Shown: positions 1 through 9,719, counted from the stretch's first letter. The stretch: DNA of 64,000 nt from an uncultured Candidatus Rokubacteria bacterium (GCA_963708025.1 CAVPSB010000016.1:64001-128000); one strand, 5' to 3'. Notes: generated by a model from the sequence alone, not told the origin. Numbers and translations are program-made.

Positions 1-22
1 CTGGCTAGCCCGCGCCGCGGGA

Positions 23-439
23 GTGGTGCTTCCCCCGCTCGCGCTGGTGATCGCGGCCGGTCTCTACTTCCGGGAGATCCTTCCGCTGCCCGAGCCCCAG
101 CGTTACTTCGGCGGCGACTTCGCCAGCTATTTCTACCCGGTGTATCGCTACGTCGCCGAAGAGACCGGGGCCGGTCGGCTGCCGCACTGGACGCCGTACG
201 TCGGCGTCGGCTATCCCCTGCTGTCGGACATCGAGGCCAGCGTCCTCTACCCGCCGATCCGCCTCATGACGCTCTTCACCGGGCCCCCGAGCTACCTGGT
301 GCTGGAGCTGTACGCCATCGCCCACTTCGTCCTCGCCGGGCTCGGCATGCTGCTCCTCGGCCGGACGCTCGGGCTGCCGGTCGTCGCCGCCAGCGTGGCG
401 GCGGTCACCTTCGTGTTCTCCCGACGAAGGCCCCGATGA
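23..439 (+). CDS. Truncated YfhO/GT-C-like membrane protein (N-terminal part only; may start before the window)
   Basis: GD..YFYP...G.LP.W.PY...GYPLL.D....LYPP plus TM helices resemble YfhO-like N-termini; stops after ~138 aa, overlapping the next ATG. Confidence 0.5.
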   Translation: MVLPPLALVIAAGLYFREILPLPEPQRYFGGDFASYFYPVYRYVAEETGAGRLPHWTPYVGVGYPLLSDIEASVLYPPIRLMTLFTGPPSYLVLELYAIAHFVLAGLGMLLLGRTLGLPVVAASVAAVTFVFSRRRPR

Positions 440-1062
440 GGGCCTGCCTGGCCGCGCTCTGTCTGCTCGCGCTGGCGGCCGCCGCGCCGGAGGAGAGCGC
501 CCTCCTCGAGCAGCTCCGCCAGGGCAGCCCGACCGAGCGTCGGGCCGCGGCCGTCCGGCTGGCCGAGGTCGGCAGCCCGGCGGCGACGTCCGGGCTGGCC
601 CGGGCGCTGCGCGACGCCGACGCCGAGGTGCGAGGGCTGGCCCAGGCCGCCCTGTGGGCCATCTGGCTGCGCTCCGGCGACAGCGCCGTGGACGCGCTGC
701 TCCAGGACGGCATCAGGCTCATGGAGCAGGGGCGCTTCCCGGAAGCCGTCGACGTGTTCAGCGACGTGATCAAGCGGGCGCCGGCGTTCGCCGAAGGCTG
801 GAACAAGCGCGCCACCGTCTACTACCTGATGGGCGAGTACGACCGCTCGCTGGCCGACTGCGAGGAGGTCATCCGGCGGAACCCGATCCACTTCGGCGCC
901 CTCTCGGGATTCGGGCTCATCTACCTCGAGAAGGGCGACCTGGAGCACGCCGCCGAGTATTTCGAGCGAGCGCTGACCGTGAACCCCAACCTGGACCGGG
1001 TGGAAGCGGCGCTGGAGCAGATTCGAGAGGTGCTGAAGCAGCGCCGCCGCCAATCGATCTAG
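436..1062 (+). CDS. Exported HEAT-repeat + TPR protein
   Basis: Signal peptide, HEAT-like LARALRDADAEVR, TPRs (FAEGWNKRATVYY, HFGALSGFGLIY). Confidence 0.85.
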   Translation: MRACLAALCLLALAAAAPEESALLEQLRQGSPTERRAAAVRLAEVGSPAATSGLARALRDADAEVRGLAQAALWAIWLRSGDSAVDALLQDGIRLMEQGRFPEAVDVFSDVIKRAPAFAEGWNKRATVYYLMGEYDRSLADCEEVIRRNPIHFGALSGFGLIYLEKGDLEHAAEYFERALTVNPNLDRVEAALEQIREVLKQRRRQSI

Positions 1063-1126
1063 CGGGGGCCATCTGCTCGAGGAAGCTGAGCTTGAGGCTC
1101 CCGCCACTGACCTGAATGGAGGAAGC

Positions 1127-1825
1127 ATGACGACCCCGATCGATCCGAAGGTGCTCGACGAGCTGCGGAAGATCTCGTCACCGACGATCGCCAACGCCAT
1201 CGAGACGTTCAACGTGAAGCCGCGCAGCGCCGGCTTCGTCGGCCCCGAGATCGTCTGCCGCTTCCCCCGGCTGGGTGTGATGCTGGGCTACGCGGTGCCC
1301 GCCCTCATCCGGGCGGAGCCGGCGCCGGTCGATGGCCACCGGGCCGGCGAGTCCGCCTGGTGGGACCACGTGGCGGCCAGCCCGGGCCCTCGCGTGGTCG
1401 TCATGCACGACATCGACGAGCCGCGCGGCCAGGGCGCGTACTGGGGCGAGGTGCAGGCGAACATCCACAAGGCGCTCGGCTGCGTCGGGGTGGTCACCGA
1501 CGGCACCGTGCGGGACCTGCCGGAGGCCGAGGCGCTCGGCTTCCACTTCTTCTCGTCGCACGTCACGGTCTCCCACGCCTACGTCCACATGGTGGACTTC
1601 GGGCTGCCGGTCAAGGTCGGGGGCCTGTGGGTGCGGCCGGGCGAGCTGCTCCACGGCGACCAGCACGGCGTCGTGGTCGTCCCGCCGGAGATCGCGGCCC
1701 AGATCCCGGAGGCCGCCGCGAAGATCGAGGCGCGCGAGCGGAAGATGATCGCGGTCTGTCAGAAGCCGGGTGTCACGCTGGACGAGATCAAGGCCGCCCG
1801 CAAGGCTATGCAGCAGTCCTACTGA
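1127..1825 (+). CDS. RraA family / HMG aldolase-like protein
   Basis: SPTIANAIE, AYWGEV, GVVTDGTVRD, PGELLHGDQHGVVVVP; RBS GGAGG. Confidence 0.85.
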   Translation: MTTPIDPKVLDELRKISSPTIANAIETFNVKPRSAGFVGPEIVCRFPRLGVMLGYAVPALIRAEPAPVDGHRAGESAWWDHVAASPGPRVVVMHDIDEPRGQGAYWGEVQANIHKALGCVGVVTDGTVRDLPEAEALGFHFFSSHVTVSHAYVHMVDFGLPVKVGGLWVRPGELLHGDQHGVVVVPPEIAAQIPEAAAKIEARERKMIAVCQKPGVTLDEIKAARKAMQQSY

Positions 1826-1830
1826 GATGA

Positions 1831-1898
1831 TCGGGAGGGGGGCTGCGCCCCCCTCCCGGACCTCCCCTCGGAGCGGAGGCGCGGGCGGAGCCCGCGCC
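1831..1898. repeat. REP-like double hairpin after the rraA stop
   Basis: cgggaggggggc-tgc-gcccccctcccg and ggcgcgggc-gga-gcccgcgcc stems; similar hairpin at ~9690-9715. Confidence 0.55.
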
Positions 1899-1930
1899 AA
1901 GAGTGGACCGCCATGGCCTCGAGGCCTGAA

Positions 1931-2058
1931 GCCGCGCGTTGCGAGAAGCCAGCGCGGGCAGGATAAGCGGCCGCCCATCTCTTGACAGGCACTGAGCGCC
2001 TGGGCGGAAATGCCGGGGGCTCCATTCCCCGCCCGTCGGCTTCTCGCAACCCTCTGGC
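1931..2058. mobile_element. MITE-like element with terminal inverted repeats
   Basis: Perfect 13-bp IR GTTGCGAGAAGCC (1938-1950) / GGCTTCTCGCAAC (2038-2050), extending imperfectly; no ORF. Confidence 0.4.
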
Positions 2059-2081
2059 TCTGGCCACGCGGCGGTGGCGTT

Positions 2082-2155
2082 CCGCTTCGAGCCGCGGCTT
2101 CGCCGCGGCCTCCGAAGGGGGGCATCGGGGGGGTCTTCCGAGACCCCCCCGAAGA
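2082..2155 (-). repeat. Repeat family B, copy 1
   Basis: Reverse complement nearly identical to 30279-30344 (tcttcggggggtctcggaagaccccccgatgcccc...ggaggccgcggcgaagc). Confidence 0.8.
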
Positions 2156-2159
2156 TCTT

Positions 2160-3092
2160 TCAGCGGAAGGCGGGGGCGACCTCCGCGATGAAGCGGTCGA
2201 GCTGGGGGCGGGGGTCCCCGCCGGTCAGGATCGTCGGGATGAAGAGCATCTCGACGCCGGTCTCCCGCAGGCGGGCGAGCGTGTCCTGGGCCTCGGCGAC
2301 GCTCCCGCCGAGGATGGTGTCCCGGGCGGCCGCCTCGTCCCGGCCCATGCGGCGCATGAACTCGCTCCGGAGCCGCTCGACCTCGGCCCGGTCGTCGGAG
2401 ATCCGGAGAAGCATGTTGGCCGACCGGGTCAGGTTCTTCGGATCGCGGCCGGCCGCCGCGCAGTGCTCCTCCAGGATCCGCCCCTTCCGGGCGAGGATCT
2501 CGGGCCCGCCCCACACGTTCCAGTGATCCGCGTGTCGGGCGGCGATGCGGAGCGTCACCTTCTCCCCGCCTCCGCCTACCATCAGCTCCGGGTGAGGCCG
2601 CTGGACGGGCTTCGGCATGAGCGGGGCGTTGTCGAGCTGGTAGTAGCGGCCCTGGAAAGTGGTCCGCTCCTGGGTCCACAGCCCCTTGAGGATCTGGCAG
2701 GCCTCGTCGAGGCGAGCCAGCCGCTCGCCGAGGGTGTAGAAGGGTATCCCGTAGGCGCGGTGCTCGTTCTCCTGCCAGCCGGCGCCGATCCCACAGATGA
2801 GGCGGCCGCCGGAGACCACGTCGACCTGAACGGCCATCTTGGCCAGGACCGCGGGGTGCCGGTAGGTGTTCCCCGAGACGATGGTCCCGACCCGCAGGCG
2901 AGGGACCACCGCCGCTAGCGCTGCCAGGGTCGTCCAGCACTCCAGCGTGTCGCCGACCGCGTCGGGCGTGTTCGGCATGAAGTGGTCGGTGACGCACGCC
3001 GCGTCCCAGCCCGTCGCCTCGGCGTGCCGCGCGAGCGACAGCACCTCCGCCCAGGTGGTCTGGGTCAGTCCGATGAAGACGCCAAACCGCAC
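2160..3092 (-). CDS. LLM-class (probably F420-dependent) oxidoreductase
   Basis: DHFMP, LECWTTLAALAA, GNTYRHPAVLAKMA, GIGAGWQENEH, GGGGEKVTL. Confidence 0.9.
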   Translation of the reverse strand: MRFGVFIGLTQTTWAEVLSLARHAEATGWDAACVTDHFMPNTPDAVGDTLECWTTLAALAAVVPRLRVGTIVSGNTYRHPAVLAKMAVQVDVVSGGRLICGIGAGWQENEHRAYGIPFYTLGERLARLDEACQILKGLWTQERTTFQGRYYQLDNAPLMPKPVQRPHPELMVGGGGEKVTLRIAARHADHWNVWGGPEILARKGRILEEHCAAAGRDPKNLTRSANMLLRISDDRAEVERLRSEFMRRMGRDEAAARDTILGGSVAEAQDTLARLRETGVEMLFIPTILTGGDPRPQLDRFIAEVAPAFR

Positions 3093-3112
3093 GGCGCAGC
3101 CTCTATCGGGGT

Positions 3113-3216
3113 GGGCCGGGTCGAGGACCGAGCAGCCCCCGCAGGCCGAAGGCCGTCCGCCACAGGCCGAAGGCCGTCCGGAGGACGACGGGATGCGACG
3201 GTCATCGGCCCGGCCC
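3113..3216 (+). repeat. Structured repeat family A, copy 1 (short)
   Basis: Terminal IR gggccgggtcga/tcggcccggccc; two aggccgaaggccgtccg units; matches copies at 14023 and 16614. Confidence 0.85.
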
Positions 3217-4643
3217 TATCGATGCTCGCCGACCCGGTGCAGCTTCAGGAGGTTGACCGTACCACGCACCCAGAGCGGCGCGCCGGCCACGATGACCAGG
3301 ATGTCGTTGTAGCGCACCGAGCGGTCGGCCAGAAGGCTGGCCTCGATGGCCGAGACCATCTCGTCGATCGTGGTGAGCCGGGTGATCCCCCGGGGGAAGA
3401 CTCCCCAGTCGAGGGTGAGCCGGCGGCGGACCCGCTCGGAGGGCGCGAACGCGATGATGGGCACCGGCGGGCGATCCTGGGAGATGAGCCGCGCCGTCGA
3501 GCCGGACTGGGTGAAGGCCACGATGGCCCGCGCCTTCAGCTCCTGGGCCGAGAAGGCGGCGGCGTCGGAGATCGCCTGGGGAAACGACACCTCGCCGCGG
3601 CGCGGGCGGTCCATGGAGGCCGGCGGGAAGGCGGCCTCGGTCCGCCGGATGATGCGGTCGAGCGTGCGCACGGCCTCCACCGGGAAGGCTCCGGTCGCCG
3701 ACTCGGCCGACAGCATGACGGCGTCGGTGCCGTCGAGGATGGCGTTGGCGACGTCCGAGACCTCGGCCCGGGTCGGGCGCGGGGCGGAGACCATCGACTC
3801 GAGCATCTGGGTGGCGGTGATGACGGGTGTCCGGGTCAGCCGCGCCTTCCGGATGATCTCCTTCTGGGCCACCGGCACCTCCTCGAGCGGCATCTCGACG
3901 CCGAGGTCGCCCCGGGCCACCATCACCGCGCTGGTCGCGGCCAGGATCTCGTCGAGCCGCCCGAGCGCCTCGGGCCGCTCGAGCTTGGCGACGACTTGGG
4001 TGTCCGATCCGTGCTCGTTGATGAACTCCCGCACCTCCAGGACGTCGGCCGCCGAGCGCACGAAGGAGACGCCGATGTAGTCCACGCCGTGCCGCAGCCC
4101 GAAGGCCAGATCCTCGCGGTCCTTCTCCGTCAGCACGGCCATTCGCACGACGGTTCGCGGCAGGTTCACGCCCTTGTGGTCCTGGATCACCCCACCCGTC
4201 TCGACCCGGCAGACCACGTCGTCGCCCCGAACGTCCTCGACCTCCAGCGCGATGCGCCCGTCGTCGATGAGGACCCGGTCGCCGGGCTTCACGTCTCGGC
4301 AGAAGCCCTCGTAGGAGATGCTCGCCCGCTCCGCCGAGCCCGGTCCCGGCGTGGTCGTCAGGACGAAGGGCCGGCCGCGCCGGAGGGTGGCCGCGCCCCC
4401 CTCGAAGGCACCGAGCCGGATCTTCGGCCCCTGCAGATCCTGGAGGATCGCCAGCGGCTTGCCGATCCGCGCCTCCACCGACCGGATGCGCTCGATGGCC
4501 TGGCCGTGCTCCGCGTGGGTACCGTGGGAGAAGTTGAGCCGCGCCACGTCCATGCCGGCCCGGGCCATCTGCTCGATGATCCCCTCGGCGATGGACGCCG
4601 GCCCCAGTGTGCAGACGATCTTGGTGAGCCGCTCCGCCGTCAC
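3216..4643 (-). CDS. pyk: Pyruvate kinase
   Basis: TKIVCTLGPAS, RLNFSHG, DLQGPKIR, MVARGDLGVE, TQMLESM, PTRAEVSDVANA; GTG start overlaps upstream TGA. Confidence 0.97.
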   Translation of the reverse strand: MTAERLTKIVCTLGPASIAEGIIEQMARAGMDVARLNFSHGTHAEHGQAIERIRSVEARIGKPLAILQDLQGPKIRLGAFEGGAATLRRGRPFVLTTTPGPGSAERASISYEGFCRDVKPGDRVLIDDGRIALEVEDVRGDDVVCRVETGGVIQDHKGVNLPRTVVRMAVLTEKDREDLAFGLRHGVDYIGVSFVRSAADVLEVREFINEHGSDTQVVAKLERPEALGRLDEILAATSAVMVARGDLGVEMPLEEVPVAQKEIIRKARLTRTPVITATQMLESMVSAPRPTRAEVSDVANAILDGTDAVMLSAESATGAFPVEAVRTLDRIIRRTEAAFPPASMDRPRRGEVSFPQAISDAAAFSAQELKARAIVAFTQSGSTARLISQDRPPVPIIAFAPSERVRRRLTLDWGVFPRGITRLTTIDEMVSAIEASLLADRSVRYNDILVIVAGAPLWVRGTVNLLKLHRVGEHR

Positions 4644-5590
4644 CTGGTCGCCTCGGGGGCAACGATGGGGTTGGTCAGGCAGCCGACGCCGTCGATCTCC
4701 GCCTCGACCAGGTCGCCGATCTTGAGGTAGGCGCCGGTCGCCGCGCCGACCCCGGAGGGCGTCCCCGTGGCCAGGATGTCGCCGGGCTCCACCGTCATGC
4801 CGGCGGCCAGGGTGGCCAGCAGGGTCGCGACATCGAAGATCATCTGACCGGTGCTCGCCTCCTGCCGCGTCTGCCCATTGACCCGCAGGCGGATGCCGAG
4901 GGCCTGCGGATCCGGGATCTCGTCGGCGGTGACGAGGACGGGGCCCATCGGGCAGAAGGTGTCGAGCGACTTCCCCTTGAACCACTGCTGGTGCGCCTTC
5001 TGGAGATCGCGCGCGGTCACGTCGTTCAGCACGGTGTAGCCGAAGACGTGCGCGAGCGCCTCCTCGCGGCCGAAGTCGCGCCCCGCGCGCCCCACCACCG
5101 CCGCCAGCTCCACCTCGTAGTCCAGCTCCTGCGTGACCGGGTGGTGGACGATGCCGGCGCCCGGCCCGACGACGGCGGTGGGCGGCTTCGTGAAGAAGAC
5201 CGGCCGCTCCGGCGGAGCCGCGCCGCGCTCGGCGGCGTGCTCGGTGTAGTTCCGACCCATGCAGAAGATGTTCTTCCGAGGCCGCGGAATGGGGGCCAGG
5301 AGCCGCGTCCCGCCGAGGGGCCGGGCGACTTTCCGACGGCGGAGGTCGGCCGGATCCATCCGATCGACCAGTGCCCGGCCGTAGTCCCACACGGCCTGGG
5401 CCCGGGCCCAGACCTCCGGCCCGCCCTCGATCAGCGCCAGCATCGTCGCCGGCACCAGGGCGGCGCGGGCGGGCCGGGCCTCGCGCTGGGCGGCCATGTC
5501 GGCCGACAGCGCGGGAAGGTCCAGCACCGTGTCGTGCCAGACGGCTCCCAGGCGCGGGCTCCTCCCCGACAGGTAGCTCACGAGGTGCAT
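4640..5590 (-). CDS. Fumarylacetoacetate hydrolase family protein
   Basis: CMGRNYTEH, FFTKPPT, DYEVELA, NDVTARDLQ, GKSLDTFCPMGP, TGTPSGVG. Confidence 0.93.
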   Translation of the reverse strand: MHLVSYLSGRSPRLGAVWHDTVLDLPALSADMAAQREARPARAALVPATMLALIEGGPEVWARAQAVWDYGRALVDRMDPADLRRRKVARPLGGTRLLAPIPRPRKNIFCMGRNYTEHAAERGAAPPERPVFFTKPPTAVVGPGAGIVHHPVTQELDYEVELAAVVGRAGRDFGREEALAHVFGYTVLNDVTARDLQKAHQQWFKGKSLDTFCPMGPVLVTADEIPDPQALGIRLRVNGQTRQEASTGQMIFDVATLLATLAAGMTVEPGDILATGTPSGVGAATGAYLKIGDLVEAEIDGVGCLTNPIVAPEATR

Positions 5591-5664
5591 CGGCCCCCCA
5601 TCATACCCAGAATGCGCCCGATTCCTGGCAGTCAACGTTCTCGGCGCGAAAGCCCACGAAGCCC

Positions 5665-6927
5665 TCAGAACGCGCCGCGATCCAGCGAGTAGAAGTTCCC
5701 GTAGATCGACTCGCAGTCGGCCGCGAGGCGCCGCCGGTCTCCGTAGCGGGCGCCGAACCGCGTGAGCGACTGACTGGCCGTATCCGCCCGCGTCCGGCCC
5801 TCCAGCACCAGCTCGCTCAGCCACTCCCCGATGAGGAGCGAGCCGGCGATGCCGATGGCGTTGCAGCCGGCCGCCACGTAGAGACCGTCGATCGTCGGCA
5901 CCGGTCCCAGGAGATACTGGCCGTCGGGCGTGAAGGTCGGCAGGCCGGCGCAGCCCTTGAGGACCGGGGCGTTGTCGAGCGCCGGGAACGCGCGGGTGAG
6001 CCCGGCGGCCAGCTCGTCGAGGACGCCGAGGTCCTTCTCGGTGTGCTCGATCTCGAACGCCGGCGGCAGCTCCGCCATGGAGAAGGCCTTGGGATGGGCC
6101 TCGAAGCCGCCGAGCATGAGTCCGCCCACCTCGGGGCGGATGTAGACGGAGGCGTCGGGGACCCGCACGACCGGCAGGTCCCGGGGCACGGCGTCCATCG
6201 GCGCCGTCGTCCAGTGCTGGTGCCGGAGCGGGACGGTGTCGAAGGCGAGTCCCACCGCCTCGCCGACGCGCTCGACCCAGGGGCCGGCGGCCACCACGAC
6301 CCGGGGGGCGGCCAGCGGGCCGGCGGGCGTGTCGACGCCGCGAACGCGGCCGTCCCGGACGGTGATGCCGGTCACCGGGCGCTGGGTCTCGAACCGGACC
6401 CCGCGCGCCCGCGCGGCCCGCGCGATGGCCATGGCCAGGGTGTACGGCTCGACGTAGCCGTCGCCGGGGATCCACGCCACGCCCTTGACGCCGCCCGGGT
6501 CGAGGAAGGGGACGCGGGCCTGGGCGGCCGTCGGGCTGATCAGCTCGACCGCGAGGCCCCAGCTCCGCGCCTGGGCGACGTGCGTTTCCAGCTCGCGCAG
6601 GCGGCCCTCGGTCAGGGCCACCTTGAGGCTGCCGACCTGGCGGAAGCCGCAGTCCTCCCCGTGCTCGCTGGCCCACCCCTCGAGCCGGCGCACCACGGTC
6701 TGGATCGAGCGGCACATCAGCTCGGAGGCGCGGAGCTGTCCCACCAGTCCGGCCGCCTGGGGCGTGTTCCCGGAGGCCAGCTCCCGCCGCTCGAGGACGA
6801 CCACCTCGGAGAGGCCGGCCCGGGCCAGATGGTAGGCGATCGAGCAACCCCAAATGCCGCCGCCCACCACCACGGCACTCGCCTCCTGCGCCAGACTCGC
6901 GCTCACCGGGTTCCTCGAAGTAGCCAA
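5665..6927 (-). CDS. FAD-dependent oxidoreductase (sarcosine/dimethylglycine dehydrogenase FAD-domain-like)
   Basis: GGGIWG Rossmann motif, SGNTPQAAGL, LMLGGFE, FTPDG; no C-terminal GcvT domain. Confidence 0.85.
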   Translation of the reverse strand: MATSRNPVSASLAQEASAVVVGGGIWGCSIAYHLARAGLSEVVVLERRELASGNTPQAAGLVGQLRASELMCRSIQTVVRRLEGWASEHGEDCGFRQVGSLKVALTEGRLRELETHVAQARSWGLAVELISPTAAQARVPFLDPGGVKGVAWIPGDGYVEPYTLAMAIARAARARGVRFETQRPVTGITVRDGRVRGVDTPAGPLAAPRVVVAAGPWVERVGEAVGLAFDTVPLRHQHWTTAPMDAVPRDLPVVRVPDASVYIRPEVGGLMLGGFEAHPKAFSMAELPPAFEIEHTEKDLGVLDELAAGLTRAFPALDNAPVLKGCAGLPTFTPDGQYLLGPVPTIDGLYVAAGCNAIGIAGSLLIGEWLSELVLEGRTRADTASQSLTRFGARYGDRRRLAADCESIYGNFYSLDRGAF

Positions 6928-6953
6928 GTCATGCCTGACGAGTCAAGTCGCGC

Positions 6954-7135
6954 GGGGGCGGGGCCGAGGAGCGAGCAGCGCTAGGACGCAGGGAGTCGCC
7001 AACCCCAGGCGTACGCCGCGTACCCCGAGGATGGGCGACGACCGAGGACGACCATAGGTCGGGACGGACGCGAGGCCGTAGGCCGAGCGCGTCCCGACCG
7101 AGATGAACGTTGCGAAGCTCATCGGCCCCGCCCCC
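6954..7135 (+). repeat. Structured repeat family A, copy 2 (subtype A2)
   Basis: Terminal IR gggggcggggccga/tcggccccgccccc; near-identical to 31217-31397. Confidence 0.9.
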
Positions 7136-7138
7136 TCC

Positions 7139-7909
7139 CTAGTAGTTGCCCCAGCCGGCGTAGGCGACCCACCCCCCATCCACGTCGATCGAGGTCCCGG
7201 TCACGTAGGCGGAGTCGTCCGAGGCGAGCCACACCGCGGCCGTGGCCACATCCGCCGCCGAGCCGAACCGACCGGCCGGGGTGCGCCGGGTGATGTCCGC
7301 GTCGGTGTAGTCGCCGACCGACTGGTCGTGGACGTCCATCGGGGTCTTGATGTACCCGGGGTTGATGCAGTTCACCCGGACGCCCTGGCGGCCCCACTCG
7401 ACGCCGACGACCTTGGTGAGCCCGATCAGGCCGTGCTTGGAGGCGCAATAGGCAGCCCGCTTCGGCAGCCCGAGCTGACCGAGAATCGAGCCGATGTTGA
7501 TGATCGACCCGGCCCGCCGGGGCAGCATGACCCGGGCCGCCGCCTGGCATCCGAGGAAGGCCCCGGTCAGGTTGAGGTCGAGGGTCCGCCGCCAGTCGGC
7601 CTCGGCCAGCTCCACGGAGGGCGCGATCATGGAGGTCCCGGCGTTGTTCACCATGACGTCGAGCCGGCTCCAGCGCCGGACGGCCTCGTCCACGAGTCGG
7701 TCGACCCCCACCTGGGTGGCGACGTCGGCGGCCACCGCCGCCGCCTCCCCGCCCGGCCGGGTCAGCCGGGCGGCGGCCTCGTCGGCCCGCTTCTGCTCCC
7801 GCGAGTTCACCACCACCCGCGCCCCCTCACGCAGGAAGGCGGCGGCGATCGCTTCCCCGATGCCCATGCTGGAGCCCGTCACGATGGCGACGCGGCCGGC
7901 GAGCTTCAT
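7139..7909 (-). CDS. Short-chain dehydrogenase/reductase
   Basis: TGSSMGIG, NNAG, YCASK, NCINPG, VDGG. Confidence 0.95.
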   Translation of the reverse strand: MKLAGRVAIVTGSSMGIGEAIAAAFLREGARVVVNSREQKRADEAAARLTRPGGEAAAVAADVATQVGVDRLVDEAVRRWSRLDVMVNNAGTSMIAPSVELAEADWRRTLDLNLTGAFLGCQAAARVMLPRRAGSIINIGSILGQLGLPKRAAYCASKHGLIGLTKVVGVEWGRQGVRVNCINPGYIKTPMDVHDQSVGDYTDADITRRTPAGRFGSAADVATAAVWLASDDSAYVTGTSIDVDGGWVAYAGWGNY

Positions 7910-7982
7910 GCCGTCATCTCCCGAGGACCGAAGGGTGTCAGGACGCGACCCCGGCGCGGGGTCCGGGTCGGGGCCCGTCCGA

Positions 7983-8993
7983 TCAGCTGGAAGGCGATGA
8001 AGCGGCCAGCCGCTTGCCGGACAGGCGCGCGATCTCGATCAGCTCGTGGGGCAGGCCGAACCGCACGTCCTCCTCGATCACGTTCAGCTCGCGGACCACC
8101 GGGCTCGTGCGGGACGACAGGTACGCGATCACCTCGCGGACGAGGAACTCGGGGGTGGAGGCTCCGGCCGTCACACCGACGCGGCTCACCCCTTCCAGCC
8201 ACTCCGGCCGGATGTCCCGGACGTCGTTGATCAGGTGGGCGCGGGTGCCCAGCACCGCCGCCACCTCGCGGAGCCGGTTGGCGTTCGAGCTGTTGGCCGC
8301 CCCGAGCACCAGGACGAGGTCCACGCCGGCGGCCAGCTGCTTCACGGCCGCCTGGCGGTTCTGCGTCGCGTAGCAGATGTCGTCCTTCGACGGGCCGACG
8401 ATCGCGGGGAACCGGCGGCGGAGAACCTCCACGATGGCGCGGGTGTCGTCGACCGAGAGGGTCGTCTGGGTGAGATAGGCGACCTTCTCGGGGTTCTCGA
8501 CCTCGAGGCGCTCGGCCTCTCCGACCGAGGCGATGACGACGATCCGCTCGGGCGCCTCGCCGGTGGTGCCGATCACCTCGTCGTGGTCGGCGTGGCCGAC
8601 CAGCACGATGGTGTAGCTCTCCCGGGCGTAGCGCTGCGCTTCCACGTGCACCTTCGTCACCAGCGGACAGGTGGCGTCGATCACCCGGAGCCCGCGAGCC
8701 CGGGCATCGTCCCGCACGGCGGGCGAGATGCCGTGAGCGCTGAAGATCACGGTGGCGCCGGCCGGCACCTCGTCGAGCTCGTCGACGAAGATCGCGCCCT
8801 TCTCGCGCAGAGCCTCGACGACGTGCCGGTTGTGCACGATCTCCCGCCGCACGTAGATGGGACCGCCGACGACGTCGAGCGCCCGCTCCACGACCTCGAT
8901 GGCGCGCTCGACGCCCGCGCAGAAGCCGCGGGGTCCGGCCAGGACGATCTCGTCGAGGGCGGGGCGCGATCCGGACGCTTCGGGCATGCTCAT
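7983..8993 (-). CDS. ispH: 4-hydroxy-3-methylbut-2-enyl diphosphate reductase
   Basis: PRGFCAGVERAI, EIVHN, FSAHG, DATCPLV, QTTLS, DICYATQNRQ, NSSN, TAGASTP. Confidence 0.97.
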   Translation of the reverse strand: MSMPEASGSRPALDEIVLAGPRGFCAGVERAIEVVERALDVVGGPIYVRREIVHNRHVVEALREKGAIFVDELDEVPAGATVIFSAHGISPAVRDDARARGLRVIDATCPLVTKVHVEAQRYARESYTIVLVGHADHDEVIGTTGEAPERIVVIASVGEAERLEVENPEKVAYLTQTTLSVDDTRAIVEVLRRRFPAIVGPSKDDICYATQNRQAAVKQLAAGVDLVLVLGAANSSNANRLREVAAVLGTRAHLINDVRDIRPEWLEGVSRVGVTAGASTPEFLVREVIAYLSSRTSPVVRELNVIEEDVRFGLPHELIEIARLSGKRLAASSPSS

Positions 8994-9066
8994 CCTCCCT
9001 GGCTCACCTGGAGGCGAAACCGCTCCTCAGTATAGGGACCGGCCCCCGGCAACGCAAGGCGCGCGA

Positions 9067-9675
9067 TCACGGGAAGAAGTGGCTCACGCCGAGCATGAAG
9101 AGGCTCGAGTTGATGCCGAGGTTCTGGTCGCACCGGCTGGCGTTCGAGATGTGCTGCACGCGGTAGCCGGCGGTGATGGCGACTCGCTCCGAGACCAGCC
9201 ACAGGAATCCGGGCCCGCCCTCGGCGATGAAGTTCACGTCGCAGCTCGTCTGGCGGATGTCGAACTGGCCATTCAGGATGCCGAGCCCGAGCTCGAAGTA
9301 GGGACGCACCACCCACCCGGCCCCGAAGACCCAGCGCCCGAGGACCGCGAACCCTGCCGCGGTGGCCGAGTCCGGCTTGGCCCTGAAGGTCACGACCGTC
9401 GGCTCGGCCAGCAGCTCGAAGTTCCCGCGCAGCCAGCCGGGGCCGTGCTCGTCGGTGAGGAAGACGCCGAAGTGCGGGAGGGCCTGGAAGCTGTGGACGA
9501 CCGGGCCGGGCTCCGTGTCGACGGTGCTGTGGCTGACCGAGTAGCCCCCGGCGATGTTCAGCTCCGTGGTGCCGAAGCGGAAGCGCTCCTCCGCCGACGA
9601 CACGGGAGCCGGTTGGATCCCGAGCCCCAGCAGGACAGCGCCCAGCCACCCGCCCCACCACCGGAGGTTCCCCAC
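9067..9675 (-). CDS. PagL-like acyloxyacyl hydrolase / lipid A 3-O-deacylase beta-barrel
   Basis: Signal peptide, amphipathic strands, catalytic-type HISNA...NLGIN, C-terminal aromatic. Confidence 0.75.
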   Translation of the reverse strand: MGNLRWWGGWLGAVLLGLGIQPAPVSSAEERFRFGTTELNIAGGYSVSHSTVDTEPGPVVHSFQALPHFGVFLTDEHGPGWLRGNFELLAEPTVVTFRAKPDSATAAGFAVLGRWVFGAGWVVRPYFELGLGILNGQFDIRQTSCDVNFIAEGGPGFLWLVSERVAITAGYRVQHISNASRCDQNLGINSSLFMLGVSHFFP

Positions 9676-9719
9676 GCCCCTCCTCGAACCGGAGGGAGGC
9701 GGAGCCCCCTCCCGAGAGC

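Noticed and set aside
1890-2060. Housekeeping RNA (tRNA, SRP, 6S, tmRNA) in this gap
   Set aside because: No diagnostic motifs on either strand
3216-6853. 724-aa and 737-aa ORFs as fusion proteins
   Set aside because: Upstream out-of-frame extensions; real genes start at 4643 (pyk) and 5590 (FAH)
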